From a virus (Duplodnaviria > Caudoviricetes): a DNA stretch of 64,000 nucleotides. The stretch lies in IMG/VR virus record IMGVR_UViG_3300009431_000002, positions 137,922-201,921 of that record, one strand, 5' to 3'. This document shows, piece after piece, positions 25,311-34,265 of this stretch. The notes beneath the pieces were generated by a model. It was not told the DNA's origin. It searched no databases and was given only the letters and a program-made list of their open reading frames with translations. A program made the position numbers and the translations under genes. Position 1 is the stretch's first letter. Every line of letters starts with the position of its first letter.

Positions 25311-27284
25311 ATGCGGTTGAACGTCACGCTCCCCGAACCCGAGTGGGTGGGCACCGAAGAAGAGGCCCGTCGTGTCCTCGCCTACGCCATGAAGCAGAAG
25401 CACATGGCCGTGGACACGGAGACCACAGGCCTCAACATCGTCCGGGACTACATCGTCTACTGGTCGATGAGCGAGGGCACGCACCGCTGGTGCATCCCGG
25501 CCGAGCTCCTGGACGTGTTCCGCCCGTTCTTCGAGGCCGAGCACATCACCAAGATCTTCACCAACGCCAAGTACGACGTCCACATGCTGGCCAACGCCGG
25601 CATCGAGTGCCGTGGGCCCTGGTGGTGCACCCTGGTGATGGACTGGCTGATCGACGTGAACCGACGACACGGGCTGAAGGAGTGCGTGCAGCGGGAGGGC
25701 ATCCTCCCGCGCGGCGCCATGCCCAGCTTCGCCGAGGTCTTCCTCACCGACCCGGAGACGGGCAAGCGCATCAAACGCAAGAAGACAGACTCCCTCGAGG
25801 ACATCCACCGACGGATGATGAAGGACGACCCCGAGAAGGCCATCGACTACGCCTCGCAGGACGCCTGGGCCACCTGGGTCCTGGCCTGGATCCTCCAGAA
25901 GGACCTCGAGGAGATGGAGTTCGGTGACGACTGGTCCGGGTGGGACTACTACCTGGACATGGAGCTGCCCTACACGCCGGTCCTGTGGAGGATGGAGCGC
26001 GAGGGCATCACCGTCGACGTCGGCCACCTCCTGTCGTTCGGCGACGAGCTGATCGGCCAGCTGGACAAGCTGGAGCGGTCGTTCGCCAAAGAGGCGGGGC
26101 ACGTCGTCAACCTCCGCAGCCACAAGCAGCTGCGCGAGCTGTTCTACTTCTTCGACGAGGACACGGAGACCTGGGAGGACCCCTGGGGCAAGCCGTGCAA
26201 GTACTGGACCGACGGCGGGGCAAAGGGCCTCCGCATGCCCTCCACCGCGAAGCTCGTGCTGGAGAAGTGGGCGGACAAGGGCCTACCGCTGGCCCAGAAC
26301 CTGATCGACCACCGCAGCCTGGCCAAGCTCCACGACACCTACATCCAGGGTGTCCCGGCCAGGCTCGACGGCCACATGCGGGTCCACACGACCTTCAACC
26401 AGCACATCACCGCGACTGGACGGCTGTCCAGCGAGGACCCCAACCTGCAGAACATCCCGGTGCGCACGGCCAACGGCCGCCGCATCCGCGAAGCGTTCGT
26501 CGCCGCCGAGGGCAAGCGCCTGCTGGTCTACGACTACAGCCAGCTGGAGATGCGCATCCTCGCCCACTACTCCGGCGACCGGGGGATGATCGACGCCATC
26601 AACGGCGGACTCGACATCCACAACGACTCGACCGCCCGCATCTACGGCATCCCCTACGACGTGGTGGCCGCGGCCAAGAAGGCCGAGGACCCGACATCAG
26701 AGCAGGTGGAGATCGTCGAGAAGCGAGGCCTGGCCAAGAACGCCGGCTTCCTCATCGTCTACGGCGGCGGCGCCGGGCGCCTGGCGGTCACCGCAGGCGT
26801 CCCGTTCAAGGTGGCCAAGGGCGTCATCGCCGGCTTCCTGGACGCGCGGCCCGGCATCGCCGACTACGCGCAGGGCATGAAGGACTTCGCGCACGACCAC
26901 CACCACGTCCGGACCATCACCGGCCGCTACCGGCACCTGCCCTACATCGACAGCCGCGAGGACCACGGTGCCAGCGAGCGCGCCGCGGTCAACACACCGA
27001 TCCAGGGCAGCGCCGGGGACATCGTGAAGAAGGCGATGCTCAAGATGTTCGCCATCGAGGACCCGCGCTATCGTGAGACTGCGGAGCGGCTGGAGGAGCT
27101 GGGCTGCAAGCTGCTGCTGCAGGTCCACGACGAGCTGGTCATGGAGATCCCGGACGACGACGAGATCGAGGCCGAGGTCGAGGCCATCGCCCACGAGCAG
27201 ATGGAGAAGCCGTTCGCCGAGGACCTGGTCGTCCCGCTGCCCATCGACGGTGGCGGTGGATACAACTGGCTGGAGGCCAAATGA
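25311..27284 (+). CDS. polA: DNA polymerase family A with 3'-5' exonuclease, 657 aa
   Basis: ExoI DTET, ExoII NAKYD, ExoIII YASQD; TGRLSS..PNLQNIP, motif A DYSQLEMR, motif B KNAGFLIVYG, motif C VHDE; no 5'-3' exonuclease. Confidence 0.95.
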   Translation: MRLNVTLPEPEWVGTEEEARRVLAYAMKQKHMAVDTETTGLNIVRDYIVYWSMSEGTHRWCIPAELLDVFRPFFEAEHITKIFTNAKYDVHMLANAGIECRGPWWCTLVMDWLIDVNRRHGLKECVQREGILPRGAMPSFAEVFLTDPETGKRIKRKKTDSLEDIHRRMMKDDPEKAIDYASQDAWATWVLAWILQKDLEEMEFGDDWSGWDYYLDMELPYTPVLWRMEREGITVDVGHLLSFGDELIGQLDKLERSFAKEAGHVVNLRSHKQLRELFYFFDEDTETWEDPWGKPCKYWTDGGAKGLRMPSTAKLVLEKWADKGLPLAQNLIDHRSLAKLHDTYIQGVPARLDGHMRVHTTFNQHITATGRLSSEDPNLQNIPVRTANGRRIREAFVAAEGKRLLVYDYSQLEMRILAHYSGDRGMIDAINGGLDIHNDSTARIYGIPYDVVAAAKKAEDPTSEQVEIVEKRGLAKNAGFLIVYGGGAGRLAVTAGVPFKVAKGVIAGFLDARPGIADYAQGMKDFAHDHHHVRTITGRYRHLPYIDSREDHGASERAAVNTPIQGSAGDIVKKAMLKMFAIEDPRYRETAERLEELGCKLLLQVHDELVMEIPDDDEIEAEVEAIAHEQMEKPFAEDLVVPLPIDGGGGYNWLEAK

Positions 27285-27577
27285 GAGTCACGTGCAGCGA
27301 GTGCGGCACCGAGTTCACGGCGAAGCTCGCCCCCTGTCCGGACGGCAGGGAGAACTGCGCTGTCGCCCACTACAACAAGGAGAGTTGGGACTGCCCCAAC
27401 TGCGACCACAACATGGGCCGGGAGGTGGCCACGGCCATCAAGGAGGGCCGGGTCACCGAGGAGCCCGGCATCGGCATCGGCAACATCGCCGCGGTGCGGA
27501 AGCTCGAGATCTACCGGGGAGACAACCGTGCACCGGACGGCATGACCTTCCCGAAGGTCGAGGACTACGAGCCGTGA
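27281..27577 (+). CDS. Zn-ribbon protein, 98 aa
   Basis: CSEC...CPNC plus two extra Cys; ATGA overlap. Confidence 0.7.
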   Translation: MRVTCSECGTEFTAKLAPCPDGRENCAVAHYNKESWDCPNCDHNMGREVATAIKEGRVTEEPGIGIGNIAAVRKLEIYRGDNRAPDGMTFPKVEDYEP

Positions 27578-28110
27578 CAGGCCATCCCAAGCTACGGCCT
27601 GGGTTCCTGCGGTTGATGGAGCGCTTCCTCATGCACCCGCGCGACCCGTCGAAGCCATCCCCAGCCGACATCATCCACGCGAACCCCGAGGAGCTGGCGC
27701 GGGAGCTGATCCGCCTCCAGCACACCGACGCGATGTACGCGACACTGTGTCGTTTGCAGCGTGACCACCCGCAGATCACGGACCAGCACATCCTGTGTGC
27801 CGCGCTGCTCTCGCGGGAGGAGATCCTCGAGCTGCTGCACGCTGAGGTCCGCGACCGGCCACCCGAGCCCATCGTGGTGGGGGACGTCCCCTTCTTCCCG
27901 ATCAGCTCCGAGCGCGTCCCGAAAACGGAGGAGGCACTGCTGGAGGGCATGGCCGACCTCAAGCCGGCGCTCAACAAGATCATCGCCACCGCCAGCGGCT
28001 CGAGGCCAATCCCCGATGGCGAGGTCACCTGGGAGCGTCTCGGCGAAGGACTCCGCGACTGGTTCAGTAGGCACGCCACGCCCGTGGAGCGAGACGATGA
28101 CGAAGAGTGA
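27574..28110 (+). CDS. Hypothetical protein, 178 aa
   Basis: GTGA overlap at 27574; carries palindrome copy 2 in its coding sequence. Confidence 0.65.
   Translation: MTGHPKLRPGFLRLMERFLMHPRDPSKPSPADIIHANPEELARELIRLQHTDAMYATLCRLQRDHPQITDQHILCAALLSREEILELLHAEVRDRPPEPIVVGDVPFFPISSERVPKTEEALLEGMADLKPALNKIIATASGSRPIPDGEVTWERLGEGLRDWFSRHATPVERDDDEE
27740..27752. repeat. Dispersed palindrome copy 2 (CGACACTGTGTCG)
   Basis: Exact core inside a CDS, forcing rare codons ACA-CTG-TGT-CGT. Confidence 0.85.
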
Positions 28111-28378
28111 GCTGCTGGACCTCGTGCACCGCCGCGTTCGCCGGCGCGTGCGCCTCAACCCCCTGCTGACTCGCGCCGTCGTCGAGGCGTTCCTGGACGT
28201 CGTCGCCGAGACCATCAACTCCGGCGAGCCCGTGAAGCTCCGTGGCTTCGGCCGGTTCGACATCATCCTCGCGCCGAAGAAGGCGGTCTACGACTTCAAG
28301 AAGAAGGAGATGACCAGCATCCCGCCGAGGCACAAGGTCGTGTTCAAGCCCTCGTCGACGAGGTTCACCCTTGACTGA
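28097..28378 (+). CDS. hup: HU/IHF-family DNA-binding protein, 93 aa
   Basis: MTKSELL..., GEPVKLRGFGRF, IPPRHKVVFKPS. Confidence 0.9.
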   Translation: MTKSELLDLVHRRVRRRVRLNPLLTRAVVEAFLDVVAETINSGEPVKLRGFGRFDIILAPKKAVYDFKKKEMTSIPPRHKVVFKPSSTRFTLD

Positions 28379-28844
28379 CCTGACCATCGAAGAGGCGGAG
28401 CTGGTGATGGTCGACTACGTCCTCAGCTGCTACACCGGCGCCTACGTCCCCAGGGCGGTGATGAACGCGCTGGCCCACGGCAACGTCACGCCGGCCGAGG
28501 CCCTGAAGAAGGCCGCCGGCGTCGGCGGGTACGCGGGCGACGGCATCTCCTTGGACTACAGCGCCAAGGGCATCTCGATGACCAGCCCCATCAATCACTT
28601 CCTCACCTGGGCGCGAGCTGCGAAGATCGCCACACGGGGGCTCGACGTCTTCCGCCGGGTCTTCGAGGAGGATCGCGTCTGGGTCTTCGGCCTGGGCGAG
28701 AAGGCAACCCACCGCGCCCGCTCCGCGCGCGGACGCGACGACATCACCAACATGGCCAGCCGGATACCGAGCTGGGAAGGAGGACACCGTGAAGCCCGAC
28801 CCCCGAGACGACGAGGGAATGGACAAGTACAGCGTCGTCGTTGA
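28371..28844 (+). CDS. Hypothetical protein, up to 157 aa
   Basis: TTG start overlapping HU stop; GC3-rich; 3' end overlaps next gene. Confidence 0.55.
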   Translation: MTDLTIEEAELVMVDYVLSCYTGAYVPRAVMNALAHGNVTPAEALKKAAGVGGYAGDGISLDYSAKGISMTSPINHFLTWARAAKIATRGLDVFRRVFEEDRVWVFGLGEKATHRARSARGRDDITNMASRIPSWEGGHREARPPRRRGNGQVQRRR

Positions 28845-28980
28845 CGACGAGATGGAGAAGCAAGCCCGGGAGGGCGGCGGCTGCCCCGTGTGCGGCGGCA
28901 CCGTCGACTACTCCGGCAACGTGCCCGTGTGCCCCAAGTGCGGCACCGCTCCCTTCGAGAAGCGCCCGGAGGGGAAGTGA
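28789..28980 (+). CDS. Small Zn-ribbon protein (CPVC...CPKC), 63 aa
   Basis: SD GGAGG; EMEKQA directly before the ribbon. Confidence 0.7.
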   Translation: MKPDPRDDEGMDKYSVVVDDEMEKQAREGGGCPVCGGTVDYSGNVPVCPKCGTAPFEKRPEGK

Positions 28981-30170
28981 ACGACTTCACCTCGCCCCGA
29001 CACGAGCGCCTCGCCCCCCACCTCGACGACGTCGTGAAGAAGGTCGGCGGGCGCGCACGACTGAAGCGCGCCAGCGAAATGGTCATGCCCTACTACATGC
29101 TCCGCCGACCGTGCGGGATCATCGGCCTGGACATCGCCACGGGCGGTGGCCTCCCGGCCGGCGGGCTGGCCGAGATCATCGGCCCCGACGGGGTCTGCAA
29201 GACCTACCTCCTCAACCGCTACCTGCGGCGGCAGCAGGAGATCTTCGGCCGCAACTGTTTCCTCGCCATGGACATGACGGAGATGCAGTACGACAAGACC
29301 TTCGCCAAGATGCACGACCTCCGCGTCTCGCTCAGCGAGATCGAGATCAAGCGCGAGCAGGAGCTGCAGGGCCGCGACTTCACCGATGAGGAGCTGGCCT
29401 ACGCCCGCGACCAGATCGGTGAGTTCTTCGTCGGCATCGGCGACTCCGCCGAGGACCTGTACGACATGATCCTCGTCCAGGTCGCCAGCATGATCTACAA
29501 CATCGTCGGCATCGACTCTTGGGGCTCCCTCCTGACCAAGGAGGAGGACAAGAAGGGGATGCACGACAAGACCCGAGGCGGGTCCGCGAAGGTCAACACC
29601 GAGTTCCTGCGGCGCTTCCACGCTGCGATGCTGACCGAGGACGACTCGGGCATGCCCAACCTCACCACGGTCGTCGGCATCAACCAGTGGCGCGACCGCA
29701 TGGGTGGGATGGGTGGCCTCAGCATCCAGGGCGGCTACGCCCTGAAGCACGGCAAGTTCGTCTCCATCAGGCTCACGGCCCACTCGGGGATCTTCAAGAA
29801 CGCCAAGGGCGAGGTCTCCATCGGCGCGAGCAAGGACGACAGTGGCAAGAAGTCCACGAAGACCCAGATCGGCAAGGTCATCCGCTGGAAGATCCTCAAG
29901 GGCAAGGCCGGGTGCCACGACGGTCCCGAAGGCGAGTTCCACTACTACTACGCCACCGGCGTGGACACGGACCGCGACCTCATCGTCACCGCGCAGAAGT
30001 GCGGCGTCGTCAAGACCGCGGGGTCCTGGCTGTCCTTCGGCAAGCTCAAGGCCCAGGGCATCGCCAACTGGAACAAGCGGTTCGACGCGGAGCCCGACCT
30101 CCGACTGGAGATGGAGCGCGCTGTCCTGGAGGCGTACGGTGTCACGCCGAACTACTACCTCGAGTACTGA
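28977..30170 (+). CDS. recA: RecA/UvsX-like recombinase, 397 aa
   Basis: LDIATGGGLPAGGLAEIIG, Walker A variant GPDGVCKT, Walker B IDS, INQ.R..G, GGYALKH; start revised to GTG 28977. Confidence 0.9.
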   Translation: MNDFTSPRHERLAPHLDDVVKKVGGRARLKRASEMVMPYYMLRRPCGIIGLDIATGGGLPAGGLAEIIGPDGVCKTYLLNRYLRRQQEIFGRNCFLAMDMTEMQYDKTFAKMHDLRVSLSEIEIKREQELQGRDFTDEELAYARDQIGEFFVGIGDSAEDLYDMILVQVASMIYNIVGIDSWGSLLTKEEDKKGMHDKTRGGSAKVNTEFLRRFHAAMLTEDDSGMPNLTTVVGINQWRDRMGGMGGLSIQGGYALKHGKFVSIRLTAHSGIFKNAKGEVSIGASKDDSGKKSTKTQIGKVIRWKILKGKAGCHDGPEGEFHYYYATGVDTDRDLIVTAQKCGVVKTAGSWLSFGKLKAQGIANWNKRFDAEPDLRLEMERAVLEAYGVTPNYYLEY

Positions 30171-30675
30171 CCTGTTCCAGGACTGCATGCACTGCGGGGC
30201 CAACGCGTGGCAGAGCCACCGCTTCAAGCTCCGCTGCTCCGTCTGCGGCACCATCGTCAACCGGCGCTCCGTGGAGATCCAGAAGCACGCGCAGAGGGGC
30301 TCCTCGGACGCCGGCTACAACGCGCGCGTCCGGCGCAAGGAGAGCGACACCGACGAAGCCGAGCTCGCCCGGCAGACGGGTGGCCGAGTCCAGCGCGGCT
30401 CGGGCTGCGGCCCCATCCACAAGCTCGACGTGGCCACCCGCGAGGAGCTGCGTGAGCACAAAGAGACGCGCTCCAGCGACTTCCGGTTCGTCAAGCTCAA
30501 CGACTGGTACAAGACCCGAAACCACGCCCTGTCGCAGGGGCTGCGGCCCATCCTGGACCTGCGGTTCAAGCGGCGGGGCGCTACACCCGATGTCCAGCTC
30601 GTCGTGCTGGATCTCCGTGACTATGAAGCACTGAAGGAGGCTGCACGTGACCGATCAGCTGAAGACCATCGCTGA
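30139..30675 (+). CDS. PD-(D/E)xK nuclease, Hjc-like resolvase with N-terminal Zn ribbon, 178 aa
   Basis: SD GGAGG 6 nt before GTG 30139; CMHC...CSVC; E-x2-A...GSG......D.....EHK pattern. Confidence 0.6.
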   Translation: MSRRTTTSSTDLFQDCMHCGANAWQSHRFKLRCSVCGTIVNRRSVEIQKHAQRGSSDAGYNARVRRKESDTDEAELARQTGGRVQRGSGCGPIHKLDVATREELREHKETRSSDFRFVKLNDWYKTRNHALSQGLRPILDLRFKRRGATPDVQLVVLDLRDYEALKEAARDRSAEDHR

Positions 30676-31450
30676 CCTCGACGCCATGGGGATGGAACAA
30701 GCGGAGGCGATTGCCCTCGCCAACTCCCCGAAGACCGAACTACTCGCCTGGATCAAGACCCTCAACGACCCCGAGGTGGATCTCCACCACCAGTCCGTCC
30801 AGATCACGCGCGCCAAGCGCGCGGCCGCCCGCGAGCCCAAGCTCCGGGAGACCTTCCGCATCGAGCCGTCGTCCATCAAGGACTGCAGCCGCAAGCTGTG
30901 GTACCAGCTGATGGGCGCCGAGAAGAAGTCGAAGTTCGACGCCCGCATCCTGCAGATCTTCGGCACCGGACACGCCATCCACGAGCAGTACCAGTGCTAC
31001 TGCGAGGCCATGTGGGGCTGGTCCCCGGACGGGTGGGAGCCCGGCTTCCACGACGAGATGGGCGTCATGATCGAGGACCTGTGGATCTCTGGGTCCACGG
31101 ACGGTATCCGCTCGACGCCACTGATCCGCTACCAGTTCGACATCAAGACGATCAACCACGACAGGTTCACCAAGCTGAATGGCAGGCCGGAAGACGGCCA
31201 CGCGCAGCAGCTGCTGTGCTACATGAAGGCGTTCGACATCCCCTTCGGGTACATCCTGTACATCAACAAGGACAAGAGCCTGATGGAGGAGGTACTCGTC
31301 ATGTTCAGCCACGTCCTGTGGGAGTCCATCGAGCGGAAGTGCCAGGCCGTCATCGAGTCCGGGCCGGACGGCGCCGACCGCGATGTCAAGAAGTGGGCCT
31401 GCCGGCGATGCGACTACAGCCACGTCTGCACGCAGAAGGGTGGCCGCTGA
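30647..31450 (+). CDS. Cas4-like PD-(D/E)xK exonuclease, 267 aa
   Basis: PSSIKDC.RKLWY, GHAIH, GSTDG..DIKT, QLLCY, C-terminal CRRC.....C. Confidence 0.8.
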   Translation: MTDQLKTIADLDAMGMEQAEAIALANSPKTELLAWIKTLNDPEVDLHHQSVQITRAKRAAAREPKLRETFRIEPSSIKDCSRKLWYQLMGAEKKSKFDARILQIFGTGHAIHEQYQCYCEAMWGWSPDGWEPGFHDEMGVMIEDLWISGSTDGIRSTPLIRYQFDIKTINHDRFTKLNGRPEDGHAQQLLCYMKAFDIPFGYILYINKDKSLMEEVLVMFSHVLWESIERKCQAVIESGPDGADRDVKKWACRRCDYSHVCTQKGGR

Positions 31451-32025
31451 TGGGACGTGGACGACTCGCGCCACGCGCGGCGCTGGACGACGCACTCGAC
31501 AAGTTCGACATCGAGGCCGAGGCCACCAAGAACCTGGGCAAGCTGAAGATCTCGGTGCCACCCAAGCCGGAGTGGACCGGCAAGCTCTACGACGGCATCC
31601 TGCCGCCCAACTACGCGCGGCTGTCCGACGACGAGCTCGCTGACCTGCTCGGCGAGATCACGCAGCACCAGAACTTCCTGCGCGGGCAGGGCGCGGTGTT
31701 CAGCGCCTGTGCCAAGGCGATCAAGAAGCGGCTGCGGCTCCTGCAGGCGTACCTCCGCAAGCAGTACCGCAAGCACATCGACGACCGCGACCCCAAGTGG
31801 GCGCTCGACGACCTCCTGGAGATGGACGAGCGCCACCAGGACCACGTCTCGATGCTCGGGTTCTACGAGTACTCTGCCGAGATCGCCGAGGCCTGCTACA
31901 AGGCGGCCGAGAGCGACTTCGCCACGGTCAGCCGCGTCATCACCCTCCGGGGCCAGTCGCGGGACAGCTCGTCGCGCGCACGGTCGGCTCGCTATGGAGG
32001 CGGAGGTCGCGGAGCACTGAAGTGA
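31450..32025 (+). CDS. Helical protein, possibly UvsY-like recombination mediator, 191 aa
   Basis: Coiled-coil character, SRVITLR near C-terminus, context with RecA and resolvases; inference only. Confidence 0.4.
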   Translation: MGRGRLAPRAALDDALDKFDIEAEATKNLGKLKISVPPKPEWTGKLYDGILPPNYARLSDDELADLLGEITQHQNFLRGQGAVFSACAKAIKKRLRLLQAYLRKQYRKHIDDRDPKWALDDLLEMDERHQDHVSMLGFYEYSAEIAEACYKAAESDFATVSRVITLRGQSRDSSSRARSARYGGGGRGALK

Positions 32026-32552
32026 CCTTCCCCGAGATCGAGCCTCACGTCCTCGCCTACCACTACCTCCAGCCGCCGCCCAGTACCAACAAGGCGTACT
32101 ACAACGCGCCGGGCGGCGGCAGGAGGAAGACCAAGCTCGCCGAGCGGTGGCAGGCGCGGTTCTCTGGGTCCATGGCCCAGGCGCGGCTGTTCTCGGTGAA
32201 GAAGCTGCAGGACATGGCCGCGGTCGGCGCCATCATCCACCTGCAGATCACCTTGTTCCTGCTGGCCGAGGAGGTGCTGAACATCAACTGGGCTGTCCGG
32301 TACGTCCGCGGCAAGAAGAAGGGGCAACGAAAGGCGCAATCCCGCTACAAGAAGATGGATGTATCTAACAGAGTCAAGCTCGTAGAAGATGCCGTGGCCG
32401 ACCTCATCGGCATCGACGACCGAGCCAACTTCAGCGTCTCCAGCCTCAAGTTCATCGTCGGGGACAAGGCCGACCGCGGGGTGCGCGTCCGCATCACCAT
32501 GGATGACCCGCGCGCGTTCGGCGTCCCCGAGGAGTTCGTGGGGCCGGAATGA
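32022..32552 (+). CDS. rusA: RusA-like Holliday junction resolvase, 176 aa
   Basis: PPPSTNKAY, DVSNRVKLVEDAV..IDD catalytic pattern. Confidence 0.75.
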   Translation: MTFPEIEPHVLAYHYLQPPPSTNKAYYNAPGGGRRKTKLAERWQARFSGSMAQARLFSVKKLQDMAAVGAIIHLQITLFLLAEEVLNINWAVRYVRGKKKGQRKAQSRYKKMDVSNRVKLVEDAVADLIGIDDRANFSVSSLKFIVGDKADRGVRVRITMDDPRAFGVPEEFVGPE

Positions 32553-32959
32553 AGGACGGCAAGACCATCACCTGCTACGGGCACGCCCCGAAGCAGCGGT
32601 CGGAACCCTACCAGACCAGCCGGCTGAAGTGCCTGACGCAGCCATACGACTTCTGCGAGGAATGTGGGCGCGGCTCGTTCGAGCTCATCGTCCCCGACCT
32701 GCGGAAGATGATCCGCTGCCCCGTCGGGCGGCTCGCCGAGTTGGCGAAGTCCAACGGCTTCTTGCCGCACCTGAAGGAGGAGAACCCGGTCCTCGCTACC
32801 GACGTGCGCAACGCGCTGGAGTCGGGGTTGGCGGGGGCCACCTTCGAGTACCAAGCATGTATCCTGTCCGGACCGTTCTACACCTGCACCAGCTGCCGAG
32901 GAGAAGAGGACTATGACCCAAGACGTGGACGGAATCCTCAAGGCGCTCAACGTCAGTGA
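32549..32959 (+). CDS. Cys-rich hypothetical protein, 136 aa
   Basis: ATGA overlap; CEEC, CTSC. Confidence 0.6.
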   Translation: MKDGKTITCYGHAPKQRSEPYQTSRLKCLTQPYDFCEECGRGSFELIVPDLRKMIRCPVGRLAELAKSNGFLPHLKEENPVLATDVRNALESGLAGATFEYQACILSGPFYTCTSCRGEEDYDPRRGRNPQGAQRQ

Positions 32960-33236
32960 GCTGGTCGAGCTCGCCCGCTCCCAAGGACTGGGCATCCTCG
33001 ACCCCAGCATCGACCGCGTGCGCCTCGAGCGCATCGTCTCCGGCATCGAAGACCCCACACGCAATGACCTCTGCCCCACGGTCCCGTACCGCGAGGCACT
33101 CCACGCCTTCATCCGCCGCCACTGGGCCACGCTCAAGACCCAACTGCCTCACTGCCAGGGGGAGTGCCTGACGTTCGGCTGCCCGATGGGGATGGCGCTT
33201 GACCACTGGCTCGAGAACAGAGAGCATGTCGTCTGA
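32913..33236 (+). CDS. Hypothetical protein, 107 aa
   Basis: SD GAGGA; C-terminal Cys cluster. Confidence 0.65.
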   Translation: MTQDVDGILKALNVSELVELARSQGLGILDPSIDRVRLERIVSGIEDPTRNDLCPTVPYREALHAFIRRHWATLKTQLPHCQGECLTFGCPMGMALDHWLENREHVV

Positions 33237-34020
33237 CTTCGAGATGGAACGCGCTACCTGCATGGACTGCGGGAGGCTCGGCCGGTGCCGAACGGCACGC
33301 AGGATCCTGAAGACGACAGGCCCCGACGCCCTACTCACGTACGATTGCGAAACTTGGGAGGTGTGCCCTCCCGTTGTTGCTGCTGCGAGGCAGCGCGCCC
33401 TGGAGACCGCAGGCACACTGGCGGTCAGAGTACTGACAGAACATCATGCAACTCTGGACCTGAAGGAGGGTTCCTACATGGCAAGCATCGAGGCCCGCCG
33501 GGCCGAACTCGAAGACCTCAGCCGGATGGCACTCCGCAAGATCGCCATCAAGCTCGGGATGGACCACAACGACTCGCTGAACTACAAGCACGAGGACCTG
33601 CTGGAGTGGGTGCTCGAGCAGGAGTTCGGCGGCGAGGCGACCGAGGAGCCGGACAAGAAGCCGGCCCGCAAGGCGGCCGCGCGCAAGCCCGCCGGCAAGA
33701 AGCCCGCCGGCAAGAAGGCCCCCGCCAAGAAGCCGGCCGGCAAGAAGGGCGGCAAGGCCGGCACCGCCGCTCCACCACCGTCCGACGCCGCCACCAAGGA
33801 GGACCTCGGCAACCTGGCCGCCGTCGTCGACTCCCACTCCGACGTGCTGAACGAGCACTCCGAGACCCACGCCACCATCGTCGCCAACCAGGAGACCATC
33901 ATCGAGGGCCAGCGCGTCCTCGCCGGCGCCGCCCACCTGGTGTGCCAGATGTACATGGAGCCCGAGGACGCCGCCGCCGTCGCGGAGCGGCTCGGGGGTC
34001 TGCTCGAGGACCCTTCCTAG
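33226..34020 (+). CDS. Protein with Rho-N/SAP-like helical domain and histone-H1-like Lys/Ala/Pro repeats; strong internal start at 33478
   Basis: LEDLSRMALRKIAIKLGM helix-loop-helix; KKPAGKK repeats; AAGGAGG SD before ATG 33478. Confidence 0.65.
   Translation: MSSDFEMERATCMDCGRLGRCRTARRILKTTGPDALLTYDCETWEVCPPVVAAARQRALETAGTLAVRVLTEHHATLDLKEGSYMASIEARRAELEDLSRMALRKIAIKLGMDHNDSLNYKHEDLLEWVLEQEFGGEATEEPDKKPARKAAARKPAGKKPAGKKAPAKKPAGKKGGKAGTAAPPPSDAATKEDLGNLAAVVDSHSDVLNEHSETHATIVANQETIIEGQRVLAGAAHLVCQMYMEPEDAAAVAERLGGLLEDPS
33655..33756 (+). repeat. Coding repeat for KKPARKAAARKPAGKKPAGKKAPAKKPAGKKGGK
   Basis: Imperfect cccgccggcaagaag units. Confidence 0.8.
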
Positions 34021-34034
34021 ACCCCTCGGACTAC

Positions 34035-34208
34035 GTGCGTGTCGACAGCAACGAGCTCCGGGCGATGATGGAGAACCCGGATGAGCTGTCGCGCTTCGCC
34101 GAGAAGGTCGGACTCGTTGTGCATGCGGGCGAGCAGCCCACGGCCACCCTGACGCGCCTGATGCGTCTCGCGGTCCGGGCCATTGACAGGCCGGACCTCA
34201 GCCTCTGA
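34035..34208 (+). CDS. Small hypothetical protein (start uncertain)
   Basis: GC3-rich tail of track ORF 33285-34208 filling the gap before the terminator. Confidence 0.5.
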   Translation: MRVDSNELRAMMENPDELSRFAEKVGLVVHAGEQPTATLTRLMRLAVRAIDRPDLSL

Positions 34209-34265
34209 CGACACCGGCGGGGCCCCCGGACGGGGGCTCCGCCATCGTCAGCCGCCCCGCTTTTT
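34205..34265 (+). terminator. Long hairpin plus T-tract at convergent junction
   Basis: GGCGGGGCCCCC-GGAC-GGGGGCTCCGCC (34216-34243) extended by CTGACGA/TCGTCAG; TTTTT at 34261-34265. Confidence 0.7.

Noticed and set aside
4744-30170. Inteins, introns or stop-codon reassignment in RNAP, DnaB, PolA or RecA
   Set aside because: Conserved motifs are contiguous at normal spacing, no LAGLIDADG/HNH or intein termini seen, and genes are intact under code 11.
30647-31450. Cas4-like gene as sign of a CRISPR-Cas system
   Set aside because: No repeat-spacer array or other cas genes in the window; solo Cas4-like nucleases are common in phage replication modules.
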